Source: a cyanobacterium endosymbiont of Epithemia turgida isolate EtSB Lake Yunoko (GTDB lineage: Bacteria > Cyanobacteriota > Cyanobacteriia > Cyanobacteriales > Microcystaceae). From it: 32,000 nucleotides of DNA. The stretch covers positions 1,080,001 through 1,112,000 of the forward strand of contig NZ_AP012549.1 of NCBI RefSeq assembly GCF_000829235.1, written 5' to 3'. The notes under the pieces are model-generated. The model was not told the DNA's origin. It made no database searches and saw nothing but the letters and a program-made list of their open reading frames with translations. Positions 1 through 9,449 of the stretch are shown piece after piece. Both the position numbers and the translations under genes were made by a program. Position 1 is the stretch's first letter. Each line of letters begins with the position of its first letter.

Positions 1-132
1 CCCGGTTTACTACCACAAAAAGCTGTCAGCTCCCTAAACTTACAAAGCATAGATCAAAAAACTTTATTGGCAGCCACCAACGCGGCAGTTACGCCATATT
101 ATAGCATAATTGAAAGAGTTAAGGTTTTCTAG
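1..132 (+). CDS. 3' end of an unidentified protein-coding gene (5' part outside the window)
   Basis: Frame 1 is open from base 1 to TAG at 130-132 (...GLLPQKAVSSLNLQSIDQKTLLAATNAAVTPYYSIIERVKVF*). Composition is gene-like rather than desert-like. No family is recognisable from 43 residues. Confidence 0.3.
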   Translation, partial: PGLLPQKAVSSLNLQSIDQKTLLAATNAAVTPYYSIIERVKVF

Positions 133-210
133 TTATTGCTATTAAAATAAATGCTGCTAGAATTATCCAGGCATCTTTCAATCAGTGATCGCCGATGAAG
201 ATTATTATAG

Positions 211-262
211 TCTCATCTGAGTTTTTCCCTACCCTCCCATTCAGGGAAAAACTCAGATGAGA
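211..262 (+). terminator. Perfect 20-bp stem / 12-nt loop hairpin, possible terminator of the gene ending at 132
   Basis: tctcatctgagtttttccct (211-230) pairs base for base with agggaaaaactcagatgaga (243-262). The loop is accctcccattc. It is followed by gaacgttttcc, so the T-run is weak and displaced. Confidence 0.4.
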
Positions 263-1224
263 ACGTTTTCCTTAAGTGCCATGAGATCCAATGGGATACA
301 TAAGTATATTTATACCATTATTTGTCTGTTTGAATAACCTAAGTTGAGAGAAAAACTGTCTATCAATGGTCTAGTTTTGATCGAACAAGAGTACACTTAG
401 GAATGAACAGATGAACCTTATGAACAACTCCTAATCCATTTGACATCATAAACAATTATAATTACCCAATAAAAATTCCTGTTATTTATGCCTATCTTCG
501 TTCAGGAGGAACATTAGTTAACTGATGTTTAGGGAGTATTCCAGGCAATCTCATCCTATCGAAAGTCAATCCTCTGTCCGCTGTCGGTCCTATTGTTTAT
601 CAAGCACAGCACTGGCTTAATCTTTGAACTGAATATCAGGTTGATAATTTTGTCCAAAAACCTATGGGTAACAGATGAACTGTTTGCCTACCATATCTCA
701 AAGGTATAACTATAATCTCATTATTCCGTATTGGACTGAGACTGTATTGACAGTCCTACGGAAAATAACATTTTGACACCGAGTTTTTTATTGGAGCAGG
801 ACATTTATCTGTCTAATTACGGACTAAACCCTTTACTTTTAGTTATAATTCGTCATGGGGCTGACGTTTATGAGTCTATCACCCGCACCTTTCAACCCCT
901 ACAGTGTTTGGTTCAACTCTTTGGAGAAATATACTTAAAATATCCTCAGGCTATTTGCAAATATCTAATCTTTCATTATAAGCAGATCTGCGAAGACTCT
1001 ATAACTAAAATAAATTTTAGTTACAAAATTCTTGAAATCAATTAAGATCTAACTTTGATCAATAAATTTTATTACTTTTATCATTATACAAGAGATAATC
1101 GCTTAAAGCAATCATCAAAAGAAAGATAACTTACTGAGATTAAGTTACGTCCGGGTAATATAAAATCTGAGCCTTATATTGTGGACAGTGTTGTTCGAAA
1201 CTGTCAGAGAGCAGATAAATTATT

Positions 1225-1284
1225 AGGTTATGAATCAAACAGATAGGTTATGAATCAAACAGATAGGTTATGAATCAAACAGAA
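1225..1284 (+). repeat. Tandem direct repeat, 3 copies of a 20-bp unit (aggttatgaatcaaacagat)
   Basis: Units lie at 1225-1244, 1245-1264 and 1265-1284. The first two are identical and the third differs only at its last base. Each unit contains an ATG (1230, 1250, 1270). Confidence 0.95.
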
Positions 1285-1437
1285 TTGTCAAAAATAGTTT
1301 GGGATATCCTCGAATGGCGAGCCTTCATTATTTTAAAAGGGCGTAAAGAATTAAAAACAATTCAGTATCTCTTATATCAAACCCAATTCAAATTGTCCTA
1401 CACCATACAGCGATTAGTGAAAAATCAAGCTCAATAA
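1270..1437 (+). CDS. Hypothetical 55-aa ORF whose start region is triplicated by the tandem repeat
   Basis: ATG 1270 to TAA 1435-1437 gives MNQTELSKIVWDILEWRAFIILKGRKELKTIQYLLYQTQFKLSYTIQRLVKNQAQ. The ORF is below the track cutoff. It lies on a slightly GC-richer islet just before the AT desert. There is no family match from memory and no convincing SD. Confidence 0.2.
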   Translation: MNQTELSKIVWDILEWRAFIILKGRKELKTIQYLLYQTQFKLSYTIQRLVKNQAQ

Positions 1438-3043
1438 AAATAACTTCAACAGATAATCAATGAACAATAAAAACAAATAACAAATATAAAAAATAAACTA
1501 AATTGCAGAAAAAAAATCAATTTTAATATTACAAATTATTGAACACTTACAGGAAATACCTAATAAGAGTAAAGCAACTAGTCTAAGTATATAAAGTAGT
1601 AAATTCTGTTAGTCAAGGAACTGTTTTTTCACAGTTAAAAATATTTAGGTTTAAAAAAAAGAGAATAACTTAGGATTTTATTTGTATTGATTTAATAAAA
1701 AATAAAGATATTGTTTTTACTAATAAACTTAGTGATACTGTTTAAGTATTCTTCAAAAATTTATATTGCATAATTTTAATACTTACTGCTAAAAATAGTA
1801 TCTTTAAGTCTTATTACAATTGATATAATATACTTTATATTGTTTTCTATATAAATTTATAATTATTTTTATAAACGATAATAACCGGCAATTTAAAATT
1901 GTTTGTATATAACATTAATTAAATAGTAAAACTTGTTTTTTTAAAATGATTATAAATATTTGTCCACTTGTCAAGCCTACCTAAAAAATTTTTTAAAAAA
2001 TAGAACATCGGAAACTAAATATACAGAATTAATATATTCTTAATTATATTGCTAGATAGATTAATTGAGCTCGACAAATATTTCACGCATACTGTAATTA
2101 TATCTTGACAAATAACGATCTTAAAAAGTTATTGAGATCAAGATTACGATAAAATTGCGGCATATGTTTAGAATATTTTATGTATTCTTCGTCCCGGCAA
2201 GAAGATTTTTATAATAAAACTTTATATCCCACCAACTTTTTGCCTTGTTTACCATTTTATATATCTATAAATTATCTCTTAACAAGCTCCTTTAGTGTTG
2301 GCACAACTATTTTTTACTCGCTAACTATCTGACGTCAATTAGGCTTGTTTGACTATTGTGACAGTTAATAAATAAAAACCCAACTATTATAAATAATTAG
2401 TTTTTAACAATTTTATTTAGTAAAATATGTTAACATAACGACTATTTAATAGCTTAATATCATAAAAAAACAGCGCTAAAAAATTTAGTTTAAAGTTTAC
2501 ATATAAACCTAGATAATTACAACATATTATATATTAAATAATTTATTAAAGTTTAAAATTCTGATTTTAATAAAAGAAAATATTTTTTTATTAAAAATCA
2601 ACGAAATTTTTAAAAAAGAAGAATAATATAGGTGAAATTATATTTACAAAAACTTACAAGTTATCTCAAGACTAAACCAGTTAGGAGAAGAATTTATAAC
2701 AGTTATTCGGCAAAAACTGACTTATTTAGGTCTGTTAAAATTAACTGAGTTATGTCAATAATATTTATTATCCCCGATATTGAGTAACTATACTGAAAAA
2801 ACTTTGCGTTAAAATAGGAAAAATTTTTTAACTTAGTATTCTACTAGTTAATTCAACATTATTGGTGTAGTAAACACGCCAAAAGCAAAAGTTAAAATAA
2901 ATAATATTGACTATTTTGACAAACAAAAAATACTTTAATCTGTAGTGTTCTATATAAAAATATTAAACTTGTTGTAAAACTACTATCTACATACTATACA
3001 ATACTATTGTTTTGCTTTAAAACGGTAGGAGTTTAGAGTCTCT

Positions 3044-4516
3044 ATGAGTACAATCGATTGGGTTATTATTTTAGTTTATGCAATGGTTGTACTCGGAATT
3101 GGAATTGCGGCAAGCCGAAAACAAAACAATACGGATGAATATTTCCGAGGATCACAGCAACTCCCTTGGTGGGCAGTTGGCTTGTCAATTGTTGCTACAT
3201 CTTTTTCAGCAGCTTCACTTCTTGGAGGTCCTGGAGAAGGATATAGTCATGGTTTTTTATATTTTCAACTTCAGTTAGGTGATTTGATTGGTTACGTCCT
3301 AGTTATTTTCCTGTTTCTACCATTTTTTGTTCGACTTAATTTAACTACTGCTTATGAATACCTTGAGAAACGTTTCGATGCAAAAACACGCTCTCTAGGT
3401 TCGTTGTGTTTTCTCCTATTTGTCATAGCTCGGTTAGGGGGGCTTTTATATGCGGCATCCCTAGTGGTTTCAAGAGTTACGGGGCTTTCACTGTATGTCT
3501 CGATATTACTTGTCGGCATTATATCAGTGATCTACACTATAGTCGGTGGAATTACGGCAGTCGTTTGGACTGACGTGCTTCAGTTTTTCATGATTTTTGT
3601 GGGCTTAGTCGCTGGAATTTGGACGATTGTATCAAGTGTACCTGGTGGATTTGGACAACTTTGGCGTGTCGCAGAAGAAGGAGGAAAACTCGCTGTAGTT
3701 AATCTATCTTGGGAACTAAAATCAATCCGTTCTCTACCAACAGCTTTATGCGCTTATGGCATATTGGCTTTTGCTGTGGCAGGAACAAATCAACAATCTG
3801 TTCAACGTTATGTTTCGTGCCCTGATCTTACATCGGCACGTAAGGCAATTTTGTTTGGATGGGTTGTCGGTTTCGTCGGCGTAGCTGCCACTCTTTTGCT
3901 TGGAGTTTTTTTGTTTGCGTTTTATTCCCTAAATGCCGGACTACCTGATCATATCAAACCCGATGAAATTCTATCCTATTTTATTGTTCATCAAGTTCCA
4001 CCAGGTGCTTCAGGATTTTTAGTCGCAGCCGTCTTCGCAGCGGCCATGTCATCAATTGATTCTGCACTTCATTCTCTGGCTACCTGCATGACGGTTGATT
4101 TTTATCAGCGTTACTCTAGGTCAAAACCGAGTGAATCTCAATCCTTGAAGGTAGCTCAGGGTTTGATCTTTATTTGGGGTATTCTTGGTATTTTTTTGGC
4201 GTTTTATGTCGCTTCAACAGGAGAATCTTTACTTCCATTTTTAATAAAATATACTGCCATGTTTTTGGGTCCATTACTGGGAATTTTTTTCATGGGAGTT
4301 CTTTTTTCTCGTATTAATGCAACAGGAGCATTTTACGGAACGATTGCTTCAGTTGCTCTTCTGGCGACTAGTTCAACCTTGAAATGGTTTAGCTTTCCAG
4401 AAATTTGGCAATCTGCAATTGCGGCTCCCCTTGCAGTTATATTAGGTTTGGTAATTTCTTTATTAGGTCAACGGCCGGCAAAAAACTCTCTCAAAGGGCT
4501 TACCCTCTGGACTTAA
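3044..4516 (+). CDS. Sodium:solute symporter family (SSF) transporter, substrate not assignable
   Basis: 490 aa, hydrophobic throughout with many TM-length segments. An SSF-like segment GGITAVVWTDVLQ is present. A TAGGAG motif lies upstream of the ATG. Confidence 0.88.
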   Translation: MSTIDWVIILVYAMVVLGIGIAASRKQNNTDEYFRGSQQLPWWAVGLSIVATSFSAASLLGGPGEGYSHGFLYFQLQLGDLIGYVLVIFLFLPFFVRLNLTTAYEYLEKRFDAKTRSLGSLCFLLFVIARLGGLLYAASLVVSRVTGLSLYVSILLVGIISVIYTIVGGITAVVWTDVLQFFMIFVGLVAGIWTIVSSVPGGFGQLWRVAEEGGKLAVVNLSWELKSIRSLPTALCAYGILAFAVAGTNQQSVQRYVSCPDLTSARKAILFGWVVGFVGVAATLLLGVFLFAFYSLNAGLPDHIKPDEILSYFIVHQVPPGASGFLVAAVFAAAMSSIDSALHSLATCMTVDFYQRYSRSKPSESQSLKVAQGLIFIWGILGIFLAFYVASTGESLLPFLIKYTAMFLGPLLGIFFMGVLFSRINATGAFYGTIASVALLATSSTLKWFSFPEIWQSAIAAPLAVILGLVISLLGQRPAKNSLKGLTLWT

Positions 4517-4527
4517 TAAATAACTAC

Positions 4528-4552
4528 CCCGCCAATTTTTTAAATCAGCGGG
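4528..4552. terminator. Weak shared hairpin between convergent symporter and ftsH
   Basis: cccgc (4528-4532) pairs with gcggg (4548-4552) around a 15-nt AT loop. It is flanked by an A-run on the right. The stem is only 5 bp, so this is tentative. Confidence 0.2.
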
Positions 4553-4591
4553 ATAAAAAAATGAAATTGTTAAGATATCAAACTATAGATT

Positions 4592-6442
4592 TTAAGCCAA
4601 GGCGGCCATTTTTATCTCATTACTGTTTAAAATACTCTGTAGTTCTTCGGCATCAACGGTTTCTTTCTCCACTAACATCTCAGCCAATTTGTCAAGAATA
4701 TGACGGTTATTTACTAGCACATCTTTAGCTCGTATATAAGCATTATTGACTAACTGACGAACTTCTTCATCGATTACGGCAGCCGTTTCATCAGAAAAGT
4801 CTCGATCAGAAGCAATGTCACGACCCAAAAAAACATTACCATTCTGCCGACCCAAAGCCACAGGGCCAAGACGATCACTCATTCCAAAACGAGATACCAT
4901 TTGACGGGCAACTCGCGCTACCTGTTGAAGGTCATTAGAAGCACCAGTAGTAACTTCTTCTTCTCCAAAGATGATCTCTTCTGCCACACGACCTCCTAAA
5001 GCTACGGCCATCTGGTTTTGGAGATACGAACGGGAATATAAGCCTGACTCCATACGATCTTCACTAGGAGTGAACCAGGTCAAGCCGCCAGCGCGACCAC
5101 GGGGAATGATGCTAATTTTCTGTACTGGATCATAATCAGGCATTAACGCACCCACTAAAGCATGACCGGCTTCATGGTAGGCCACAAGGGTTTTACGTTT
5201 TTCACTCATGACACGGTTTTTCTTCTCAGGTCCAGCTAAGACACGATCAATAGCATCATTAACTTCATCCATAGAAATTTCTGTTAAATTCCGACGGGCA
5301 GCCAGAATAGCCGCTTCATTTAAAAGGTTAGACAGATCAGCTCCTGTAAAACCAGGACTACGACGGGCAATTTTATCGAGATCAACGTCTTTAGATAAGG
5401 TCTTACCACGGGCGTGTACCTTGAGAATTTCTTTACGACCTGCATAGTCAGGACGATCAACCACGACCTGACGGTCAAAACGACCAGGACGTAATAAAGC
5501 CGCATCGAGGACGTCAGGACGGTTTGTAGCAGCAACTATGATTATGCCTGTATTTCCTTCAAAACCATCCATTTCAGTGAGTAATTGGTTGAGAGTTTGT
5601 TCCCGTTCATCGTTACCACCGCCTAAACCTGCACCTCGTTGACGACCAACGGCATCAATTTCATCTATGAAGACGATACAAGGAGCATTGGCTTTTGCTT
5701 GTTCAAAAAGATCTCGAACACGAGAAGCCCCAACACCAACGAACATTTCTACAAATTCTGACCCAGAAATAGAAAAAAAAGGAACACCAGCTTCTCCAGC
5801 TACTGCCTTAGCTAAAAGAGTCTTACCGGTTCCAGGAGGTCCGACTAGAAGAACTCCTTTAGGAATTTTTGCCCCGATAGCAGTAAAGCGGTCAGCATTT
5901 TTCAAGAAGTCTACGACTTCAGCTAATTCTAATTTAGCCTGTTCAATACCAGCTACATCTCCAAAGGTAACTTGGGTTTGGGGTTCCATTAATACCCGCG
6001 CTTTAGACTTACCAAAGTTCATCGCTTGAGAACCAGGTCCACTTTGGGCGCGACGGAGTAATAGGAAAAGTCCCACTAACAATAAAATAGGAAGGAATAA
6101 ACTACTGGCCACCCGAAACCATAGTCCTTCATCACTTTGAGGCTGAACGGCAATATCGACATTATTTCGAATCAAAATGTTAATTAAGTCAGGATCGTTT
6201 GGAAGGTTAACCAATAAAGGTGCGCCACCATTGGGGTTAGGAACTCTTGCTTCAGTGCGATCAGCACTTAAAGTAACCCGTGTAATTTTATTATTTTCAA
6301 CTTTTTTAATAAATTCACTGTAGGTGAGAGGTTCCCGACTTTGAGGTTGTTGATCAAAAAATGCAGAAGCTAAGGCCAGTACCACAATTAACAATAGTGC
6401 GTATAGTCCAGCATTACGCCATTTTTTATTATTTTTCTTCAC
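4592..6442 (-). CDS. ftsH: ATP-dependent zinc metalloprotease FtsH
   Basis: 616 aa. A GTG start is preceded by AGGAGG. It has an N-terminal TM, Walker A GPPGTGKT, Walker [32 protein letters not shown] and zinc site HEAGH. As recalled, it is near-identical in long stretches to unicellular cyanobacterial FtsH. Confidence 0.97.
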   Translation of the reverse strand: MKKNNKKWRNAGLYALLLIVVLALASAFFDQQPQSREPLTYSEFIKKVENNKITRVTLSADRTEARVPNPNGGAPLLVNLPNDPDLINILIRNNVDIAVQPQSDEGLWFRVASSLFLPILLLVGLFLLLRRAQSGPGSQAMNFGKSKARVLMEPQTQVTFGDVAGIEQAKLELAEVVDFLKNADRFTAIGAKIPKGVLLVGPPGTGKTLLAKAVAGEAGVPFFSISGSEFVEMFVGVGASRVRDLFEQAKANAPCIVFIDEIDAVGRQRGAGLGGGNDEREQTLNQLLTEMDGFEGNTGIIIVAATNRPDVLDAALLRPGRFDRQVVVDRPDYAGRKEILKVHARGKTLSKDVDLDKIARRSPGFTGADLSNLLNEAAILAARRNLTEISMDEVNDAIDRVLAGPEKKNRVMSEKRKTLVAYHEAGHALVGALMPDYDPVQKISIIPRGRAGGLTWFTPSEDRMESGLYSRSYLQNQMAVALGGRVAEEIIFGEEEVTTGASNDLQQVARVARQMVSRFGMSDRLGPVALGRQNGNVFLGRDIASDRDFSDETAAVIDEEVRQLVNNAYIRAKDVLVNNRHILDKLAEMLVEKETVDAEELQSILNSNEIKMAALA

Positions 6443-6893
6443 GCTGTAAGCCTCCTAGATGAGGGTAAGGGAATCGTTAATTTTTGAATGTACATCAAGG
6501 TATTATCTGAATAATACTAGTGGCAATATTAGAAAATATTCCCGGAAGATAAACATTTGTTAATTTATGTTAATCCTTTTCTGGAACAATTTCCCAATAG
6601 ATACTGTTTTGAGTCTAACTAAAAATCGAGTTCAAGTCGCCAATCATTGCTAGTATCTACAGTTTTAACGTATATTTTTTCAGTCTCTGTGAACGAGTCT
6701 GTAGTCACCTTTTGTTTTTTAAAAATATTAGGCATGGCATCTAAAATATATCCCTGACGTTGGTTGCTCAAGGCTATTTCCCAAAGTGTTTATAGAAGCC
6801 TAGCAATTTATGAGATACAAGCTAGTTTGTAAATTTGTCTCTCTTTGATGGCTTTTACCCACTAATAGATGCGGTCAATCTTTGTATCTAAAA

Positions 6894-6931
6894 TTAGGTA
6901 TAATGCTTTCCTTTGAAAGCATTATACCTAA
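6894..6931 (-). terminator. Orphan intrinsic-terminator-like hairpin (17-bp perfect stem, CTTT loop)
   Basis: ttaggtataatgctttc (6894-6910) pairs with gaaagcattatacctaa (6915-6931). On the minus strand the stem is followed directly by TTTTAG. No living minus-strand gene lies upstream of it (desert 6932-7942). Confidence 0.45.
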
Positions 6932-7942
6932 AGAAAAGAAATGATTTTAAGTTTTGTCGTTTATTTGTGAACTGTATAGCTATTGTTTATTTTAAAAAAA
7001 TGAGCTAAATGTTTGCGAACTATATTAGAGCGAATATCAATAGCATTAATTATTGATCTTAAATATTAGTTGACTGTTGTTCTTTCTAAACCTAATTCAT
7101 TTGACATTTAAATTATAAAATTTTAGCATTTCTTTTCAAGAGTAATAACACTAGTCTCTAGCAGTTGTGATAGCTTCTTGTTCTTGCCCAGAATAACATT
7201 AAAATTATTGAATAATATCTAAGTACATGTGAGCTTGGACAATTAGATATAAATGTAAGACTTGTAACCTGATTCAGTCTTTAATTCATCCTAAATCAGG
7301 ATTTTTTGAAAAGAAACTAAAATCTTTTTTTATTCTTATGTGTAAATTAATCTCCGTATAATTTTTGTAAAATTAACAATATTTTATATTAAGTTTAAAT
7401 AAAAGGTGATTAAAGAGGGTTAAGTGTTCTTTGATTTATGTAATAAAAAATATATTATTTAGATTTAATTAAATCTAAATAGTTTTACTTAAACAAAATA
7501 GTGACTTTAAATATCGTTTTGGGTTTATTTTGTGCCCCAATAGTTTTTTGTGTATAAAATAGTATAATAAGTCTAATTGATTAATATTCTTGATTTGTTG
7601 CGTTTATATAAGCTTTTAAATTATCAATAAATATAATTTTGATCACTTTATTAAGATAACTAATTTTTTATATTTTTGTGACACTAATAATTAAGTGTTA
7701 AAGGTGAAAATTATAAGAAACTTTCTAAGTTAACTTTAACATTGAGATATAATTATAGAATTTTTATAAAGTCTAACCCGCTCATTACGTCACAATAAAG
7801 ATCAAAATTGGGTATCGGACTTAGTGCGTGAATAACTAACCAAATAGTTAGATATCTTAAGTATTCTGTCTGCAAAATTGCTGATTAGACAAACTACTCG
7901 AGATGATTTCCTTGATTTATTATTGAAATTCTAGAAAATCCC

Positions 7943-8454
7943 ATGAAATCCTCAATATTAGCTACTTTCGGTTCTTGGAAATCTCCTATAAGTACAGATA
8001 TAATCGTCTCTGGAAGTATTGGACTAGGAGAAGTAACTTTCGATAATGAAGATATTTACTTGTTAGAATCAAGAGCAACAGAAAGGGACGTAATGTTCTC
8101 GTTAAACGTAATGTTGATGGCTAAATCACAGATAAAACACCTCAACCATTCAATGTGCATACCCGTGTTCATGAATATGGGGGAGGAGCATTTTTGATTA
8201 TTGAAGGAACTATTTATTTCGTTAATTTCAAAGATTAACGCATCTATAAAATGATGGTAGATGCTATTAAAGAAAAAAGACTATTGGTTGCTTATATTAC
8301 CTTTGAAGAAGAACAACACGGGTTTCGTTGCGCAGAAAATATTAAACGGGCTTTAGATGCATAATTTTATTTTTACTCTCGAATTTTTGGCTTTGAACCT
8401 GCGGAAAAGTTAGAGCCAATCGAGATTATTAATCTAGTAAGAGACATAAATTAA
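7943..8454 (+). pseudogene. Decayed S9-family serine peptidase (prolyl oligopeptidase / acylaminoacyl-peptidase type)
   Basis: Frame 1 gives MKSSILATFGSWKSPISTDIIVSGSIGLGEVTFDNEDIYLLESRATE. From about 8083 the sense continues in another frame: [54 protein letters not shown]. This is joined abruptly (about 8250) to a C-terminal tail [61 protein letters not shown]. Only about 170 codons remain of a family that is normally 600+ aa. Confidence 0.8.
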
Positions 8455-8730
8455 AATCCTTGACTATGTTAAGCGGTTTTGTTTACGGGATCTTAAAATT
8501 CACAAGAGTCTAACCATTCTATTTACTGCCAAGATCAGGTAAAAGAGGGATAAAGTACTCCATGAGTAGAGAACTTTATCGTCTAAATTAAGATTATCCT
8601 ACAATTGACTTTTTGGTTTTTGGGACCAAATAAAACCCAAAATAGTTAGACACTTGAATTCTAGAAGTATATGAGCACGAAAGATTACCTCAAAACACAA
8701 TAATGAATATTTCCGACCACCACTTTTTGT

Positions 8731-8836
8731 CCATCCACTCTCCGGAAATCTACTTAGAGAAGCTTGAAGCTAAGTTATGACCTTAGAAAAAGTCAGAAAC
8801 TTAAGGGGACACTGACTTTATCAGGAGAGTGGATGG
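8731..8836. other. Nested stem-loop element immediately 3' of the anti-sigma gene
   Basis: The outer perfect 13-bp stem pairs ccatccactctcc (8731-8743) with ggagagtggatgg (8824-8836). It encloses an 8-bp hairpin (8789-8796 / 8812-8819) and a 5-bp hairpin (8753-8757 / 8770-8774). No T-run follows on either strand. Confidence 0.4.
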
Positions 8837-8853
8837 CATCCCCTTCATAATTC

Positions 8854-9315
8854 TCATTGAGTAGAGGAAGGAATGTCAAGTACAGGACGATTTAACGCGA
8901 TAGTTAATGGTTCTGCTTCTACATCAGCAAAATTAGGAGACAGAGATTGTTTTTCTATGTAAAAATTATAAATAATTCCCATAACAACTGTTGCGATCAC
9001 CACACCGCCCCATTGGATAAGTCGTTGGGTTTGGTTTTGACGATCAACTTTCTCAAAAACGCTTTCAGATAAACGTTGAGATGAAACTGGACTTTTTGGA
9101 AGCGGAATAGTGAGAATCTCTCGTTGTAGGCGAGAAAGCTGGACATACAATTGATTAAATTGAGAATCAGTATCAAGTAGTTGCTGTACTTGACGGCGTT
9201 CTTTAGCTGTTACCTCCCCATCTAAATAGGCACTTAACAACTCAAAACGCTCAAACTGATCATTGATATCACCCGAATCGGCTGATTGCAAATGCTGTTG
9301 TTCAAAGTTAGACAT
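8854..9315 (-). CDS. Membrane-anchored anti-sigma factor (partner of the upstream ECF-type sigma)
   Basis: The preferred start is ATG 9315 (MSNFEQQ...), preceded by GGAGAGG 9 nt upstream. The track ORF extends to 9420. It has the N-terminal anti-sigma signature FELLSAYLDGEVTAKERRQVQQLL and a single TM, WGGVVIATVVMGIIYNFYI. It lies directly downstream of the sigma gene on the same strand. Confidence 0.7.
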   Translation of the reverse strand: MSNFEQQHLQSADSGDINDQFERFELLSAYLDGEVTAKERRQVQQLLDTDSQFNQLYVQLSRLQREILTIPLPKSPVSSQRLSESVFEKVDRQNQTQRLIQWGGVVIATVVMGIIYNFYIEKQSLSPNFADVEAEPLTIALNRPVLDIPSSTQ

Positions 9316-9449
9316 CACGATATACCTCTCCAAGGAGCGAAACCAAATTAGTTGGCTGCGGAGACGGATGCTAATGATAGCATTGTCATGACACCCCTCA
9401 CAGATTGCCAAAAGGGGCAATGGTTTAATATTCTCGGTTCGTCTTTATT

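Noticed and set aside
773-1045. 90-aa ORF from the track (TTG start), a candidate gene
   Set aside because: It has no ATG or SD and no recognisable family, and it sits in a stretch where all frames are otherwise broken. At best it is a pseudogene fragment, and I cannot support it as a live CDS.
1225-1284. Possible CRISPR array
   Set aside because: The only exact direct repeats in the window are contiguous 20-bp units with no spacers. No cas genes or regularly spaced repeats occur anywhere.
3078-6029. Track ORFs 3078-3278, 4405-4728, 5208-5447, 5320-5535 and 5667-6029
   Set aside because: These are out-of-frame or antisense shadow ORFs inside or across the symporter and ftsH genes, which have strong family evidence.
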